Origin: a virus
Reading direction: 5' to 3' (one strand)
Length of the DNA stretch: 48,086 nucleotides
IMG/VR virus record: IMGVR_UViG_3300037761_000162
Span: 1-48,086 of that record
Shown piece after piece: positions 45,587-48,086 of this stretch. The position numbers and the translations under genes are program-made. Every line of letters starts with the position of its first letter. The stretch's first letter is position 1. The notes beneath the pieces are model-generated. The model made no database searches and had not been told where the DNA came from. It saw nothing but the letters and a program-made list of their open reading frames with translations.

Positions 45587-46069
45587 CTAGGAAATCTGCC
45601 CGCCCAGACTGCCGTACTTACCCTCAGGGTCGATGCGCTTACGCTCATTGTGCAGCTCAACAATCCTGACCTGTAGCCGGTGCGCTTCCTCCAGAAGCGC
45701 CGACCGCTTAGTGTCGCAGCTCTGCCGCTCCCTGCGCAGGTGTGCCACCCCGGCCCGCACTGGCGCATCCGGGTCACGCCGCATCGCCTCCCGCACCGCT
45801 TCGTAGCAGTGTTCCAGGATCTTGGCCCGAATGGTCCTAGGCGCTGCCGCATCCGAATACCGGAAGTAATCCCGCCGGTTGACGGATATATACGAGTCGG
45901 GGCGAGGGCGCCAACCCTGATCACGCCAGACATGTACGCTAGTTGTGTATTCCTTGCCTCGGACGGTCAGATAACTACCGTTCAAGCTACTGACGTTCAC
46001 GTGATCGAACTCCGTGAACGACACTTCTAACGGCCCGATCTCCGTCTCAATAATGATGTTCTCGTGCAT
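45587..46069 (-). CDS. hypothetical protein (160 aa)
   Basis: ATG at 46069 after GGAAGGAGTGGGG. C-terminal coiled coil. Confidence 0.55.
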   Translation of the reverse strand: MHENIIIETEIGPLEVSFTEFDHVNVSSLNGSYLTVRGKEYTTSVHVWRDQGWRPRPDSYISVNRRDYFRYSDAAAPRTIRAKILEHCYEAVREAMRRDPDAPVRAGVAHLRRERQSCDTKRSALLEEAHRLQVRIVELHNERKRIDPEGKYGSLGGQIS

Positions 46070-46172
46070 CCCCACTCCTTCCATCCAGCTAGCTACGTAA
46101 CTAGCTCTAGCGACGGCCGGGTAAGCCCGGCCATCACTAGAGTCAGTCACCATTGCCCCCCCCGGGTACCGA

Positions 46173-46433
46173 TCACGGACACCTTGGGCACGGCCGTACT
46201 CCCCTGGTGTGTATCAGGTTATCCGGCACGATGATTCGCGGCTGGTAGACAAACCGTGTCGTTGCCCGGTAACCGTCGATCAGCAATTGCGCCCACCGGT
46301 AAGCGCTGTCACATGAGCTAGAGTCATTGTGGATTGTAGGCTCGCTATCCCCCCACTTTTCTACGACGGAATATAACCCCTTGAAGCTGTTATAGCGCAG
46401 GGTGAATGTTACCCGCTTGTCGCACCGTTCCAT
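46173..46433 (-). CDS. hypothetical protein (86 aa)
   Basis: AAAGGAGA RBS. Confidence 0.55.
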   Translation of the reverse strand: MERCDKRVTFTLRYNSFKGLYSVVEKWGDSEPTIHNDSSSCDSAYRWAQLLIDGYRATTRFVYQPRIIVPDNLIHTRGVRPCPRCP

Positions 46434-46448
46434 CTCGTCTCCTTTCAG

Positions 46449-47024
46449 CTACCACGCCATTGCCGGGCACCGATCACCCGCAAGAGCGCTACCGCACCCG
46501 TCACACGTTGTGTATGCGAAACCCAGCGCTTCGCACGTTTGCGTGTGTTCGTCCGACGTGGCGGCGTGATCGATGCCGCAGCCCGCGACACCCGTAAGCA
46601 TGCCCAGGGTGATTTTGAATGTGCCCCACTTCGCCCGGAGGAGACTTGCCGCCCGGCGCTGCGCGGGCGTTTCCGGCCCGTACTCCAGCGCAAACCTGCA
46701 CTCCTGGCAGATTAGCAGCTTGACCGCCTTTACCTTGATTGTGATTCTTTCGGGAACCACCGGACCGGCCTGCATACGGTCGAGGAACGTTTCCGGCCTC
46801 ATAGGGCCAACATGGGCCAGCAACTCGTAATCGCGCGTGCTGTCATCGTGGCTGCCAGACCACCGAACAACCCGCTCTGTCACGGCGCGTACCTGCTTGG
46901 CGCCCGTACCCTCATGGATGAGCCGGACAACGGCGTCACGCGTGTCGACATCCACCAGCGGCGCGTTTATGAACGTTACCGCATAGCTCACCCGTGTGCC
47001 GCTGCCATCCTTGAATGTGCTCAT
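46449..47024 (-). CDS. hypothetical Cys-rich protein (191 aa)
   Basis: GGAAGGG RBS. Several Cys pairs (CQEC, CDGC). Confidence 0.55.
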   Translation of the reverse strand: MSTFKDGSGTRVSYAVTFINAPLVDVDTRDAVVRLIHEGTGAKQVRAVTERVVRWSGSHDDSTRDYELLAHVGPMRPETFLDRMQAGPVVPERITIKVKAVKLLICQECRFALEYGPETPAQRRAASLLRAKWGTFKITLGMLTGVAGCGIDHAATSDEHTQTCEALGFAYTTCDGCGSALAGDRCPAMAW

Positions 47025-47042
47025 ACCTTTAACCCTTCCTAG

Positions 47043-47104
47043 TTACCTGATGAATCCCCTAGACACACAGACAATGCTGTGTGCCGTAGGCATTAATCAG
47101 GTAA
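47043..47104 (-). other. Long imperfect intergenic hairpin
   Basis: 28-nt arms (47043-47070 / 47077-47104) with 21 of 28 positions paired. The outer 9 bp (TTACCTGAT) and the 7 bp next to the loop (CACACAG/CTGTGTG) are perfect. Loop ACAATG. Confidence 0.55.
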
Positions 47105-47321
47105 TGTCACTGTCCACCGGGAACGCTGTAACGCTGAAAACCACCTTACCGGGGACGCCTTCACTAGCGCTCTCTAACAGGTCCCGAGCGGTACGCTCTG
47201 CGGCTTGGACGTTGAGGATTCCTTGCGGTACATCATGCAAATAGAAAGTCGGCAACTGACGGGTAGCGGTCCACCCGTCCGCCATACTGACATTACGCAC
47301 CGCGTGTATTGCGTAGTACAC
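47097..47321 (-). CDS. hypothetical protein (74 aa)
   Basis: GTG at 47321 lies 7 nt after AAGGGAGG. The track ORF extension overlaps the upstream gene. Confidence 0.5.
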   Translation of the reverse strand: MYYAIHAVRNVSMADGWTATRQLPTFYLHDVPQGILNVQAAERTARDLLESASEGVPGKVVFSVTAFPVDSDIT

Positions 47322-47335
47322 TGTTCGGCCCTCCC

Positions 47336-47566
47336 TTAGCTGACCGGTAGCCGGACGGTAGCCGGACGGTTGGTCACACACTGACCGGTGGCAACGGTGG
47401 CGGTTGTCCGACCGCGATGAGTGACCGGTACATACTGCCACCCGTTCGACGTGTAAATGTCGCCTGCAATCACACCAGGGTGCCAGTGTGCGCCGTTACG
47501 CCACTCGATAGCGGTACCGGGCGTGAATGCCTCACGCTCATTCTTCGTGAAACGTGTACGCGCCAT
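47336..47566 (-). CDS. hypothetical small beta-barrel-like protein (76 aa)
   Basis: GGATGGAG RBS. Confidence 0.55.
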   Translation of the reverse strand: MARTRFTKNEREAFTPGTAIEWRNGAHWHPGVIAGDIYTSNGWQYVPVTHRGRTTATVATGQCVTNRPATVRLPVS

Positions 47567-47647
47567 TACTCCATCCTATCCCTAGAGCCTAATAACTCCC
47601 CTATGGTGCCGGCCATTAGCTCCGGCACCCGTAGGCAATCATCAGGC

Positions 47648-48049
47648 TTATCGCCAACCTCTGGTGTCGCACTCGCACCCGTCTTGCAGGTCGTGACGCG
47701 CGCACATGACCCGGTGGGACGCAAGGTGAATCACGCCACGCGTGATCTCCTTCACCCGCACCACGGTAGCCAGGCCGGTCCCGAGCAGCTCACCCGCCCG
47801 TATGGACGCAAGCAGGCCGCACGGGTAGATGTCCCGTGGCAGGGTGTACGTACGCGTACGGGAGATCACAGGATGATGCCTGCCACCGGCATCGACAATC
47901 GCCCGGATGACAGTCCCATCCCGCGAGACACTCGACACCACCCCGTACGTATACCGGAGCGGGGTGACCTGATCTACGCCGAAATCGTCACCGCCATCAA
48001 TGTGGAGCATGATAGCAGGCCGACCGCGTAGCGTGGTTTTCGTTGCCAT
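47648..48049 (-). CDS. hypothetical protein (133 aa), spans the assembly junction
   Basis: GGAGG RBS (complement of 48057-48061). The N-terminal 30 codons also appear at 1-90. Confidence 0.55.
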   Translation of the reverse strand: MATKTTLRGRPAIMLHIDGGDDFGVDQVTPLRYTYGVVSSVSRDGTVIRAIVDAGGRHHPVISRTRTYTLPRDIYPCGLLASIRAGELLGTGLATVVRVKEITRGVIHLASHRVMCARHDLQDGCECDTRGWR

Positions 48050-48086
48050 TTTCTAACCTCCATTTACACATTAGGACAGTAGGGCA
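47960..48086. repeat. Terminal redundancy, copy 2 (identical to 1..127)
   Basis: Read directly. Confidence 0.95.

Noticed and set aside
1-48086. Search for CRISPR arrays, diversity-generating retroelements, retrons, transposases and rRNA
   Set aside because: I saw no regularly spaced direct repeats, no reverse-transcriptase or transposase motifs and no rRNA-like sequence. The only tandem repeats are in-frame protein repeats (22664-23005) and Gly tracts.

Overview
This window is a complete, circularly closed phage genome. Bases 1-127 recur exactly at 47960-48086, so the unique length is 47,959 bp. It looks GC-rich by eye (not computed). It reads as a temperate actinobacteriophage with no tape-measure or tail-tube genes, so it is podovirus-like. 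The Actinobacteria host call is an inference from two Lsr2-like genes and the overall actinophage gene style. There are four transcription blocks. (1) A rightward late operon at 4.7-28.8 kb carries a LAS-type peptidase lysin, two holin-like membrane proteins, a large terminase with an N-terminal HTH, and a portal. It then has a run of disordered or very large internal-protein-like ORFs (one of 1,836 aa), a tRNA-Met-like gene, a scaffold and an HK97-like capsid protein. It ends with fibre and tail proteins and a protein with two peptidoglycan-binding domains. (2) A leftward lysogeny/moron block at 29.0-34.0 kb has a tyrosine integrase, a tRNA-Arg(CCG)-like sequence that may be attP, and an AT-richer cassette of five translationally coupled small genes. 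(3) A rightward early/replication operon at 34.2-42.8 kb has a Cas4-type nuclease split across two frames and an RNA-ligase-like enzyme. It also has a RecA-fold ATPase, a resolvase-like nuclease and a DnaG-type primase split across two frames. It ends in a DUF2493/SLOG plus DarG-like macrodomain cassette, which I rank as the best candidate for a new counter-defence module. (4) A long leftward operon runs 4338->161, crosses the junction, and continues 48049->42850. It holds many small ORFs, a Fic protein, a SAM methyltransferase, two Lsr2-like paralogues and an RHH protein. I saw no rRNA, CRISPR array, transposase, reverse transcriptase, DNA polymerase or recognisable repressor. All functional calls come from motif recognition by eye with no database search. 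Start codons were refined from RBS and overlap context and remain provisional.
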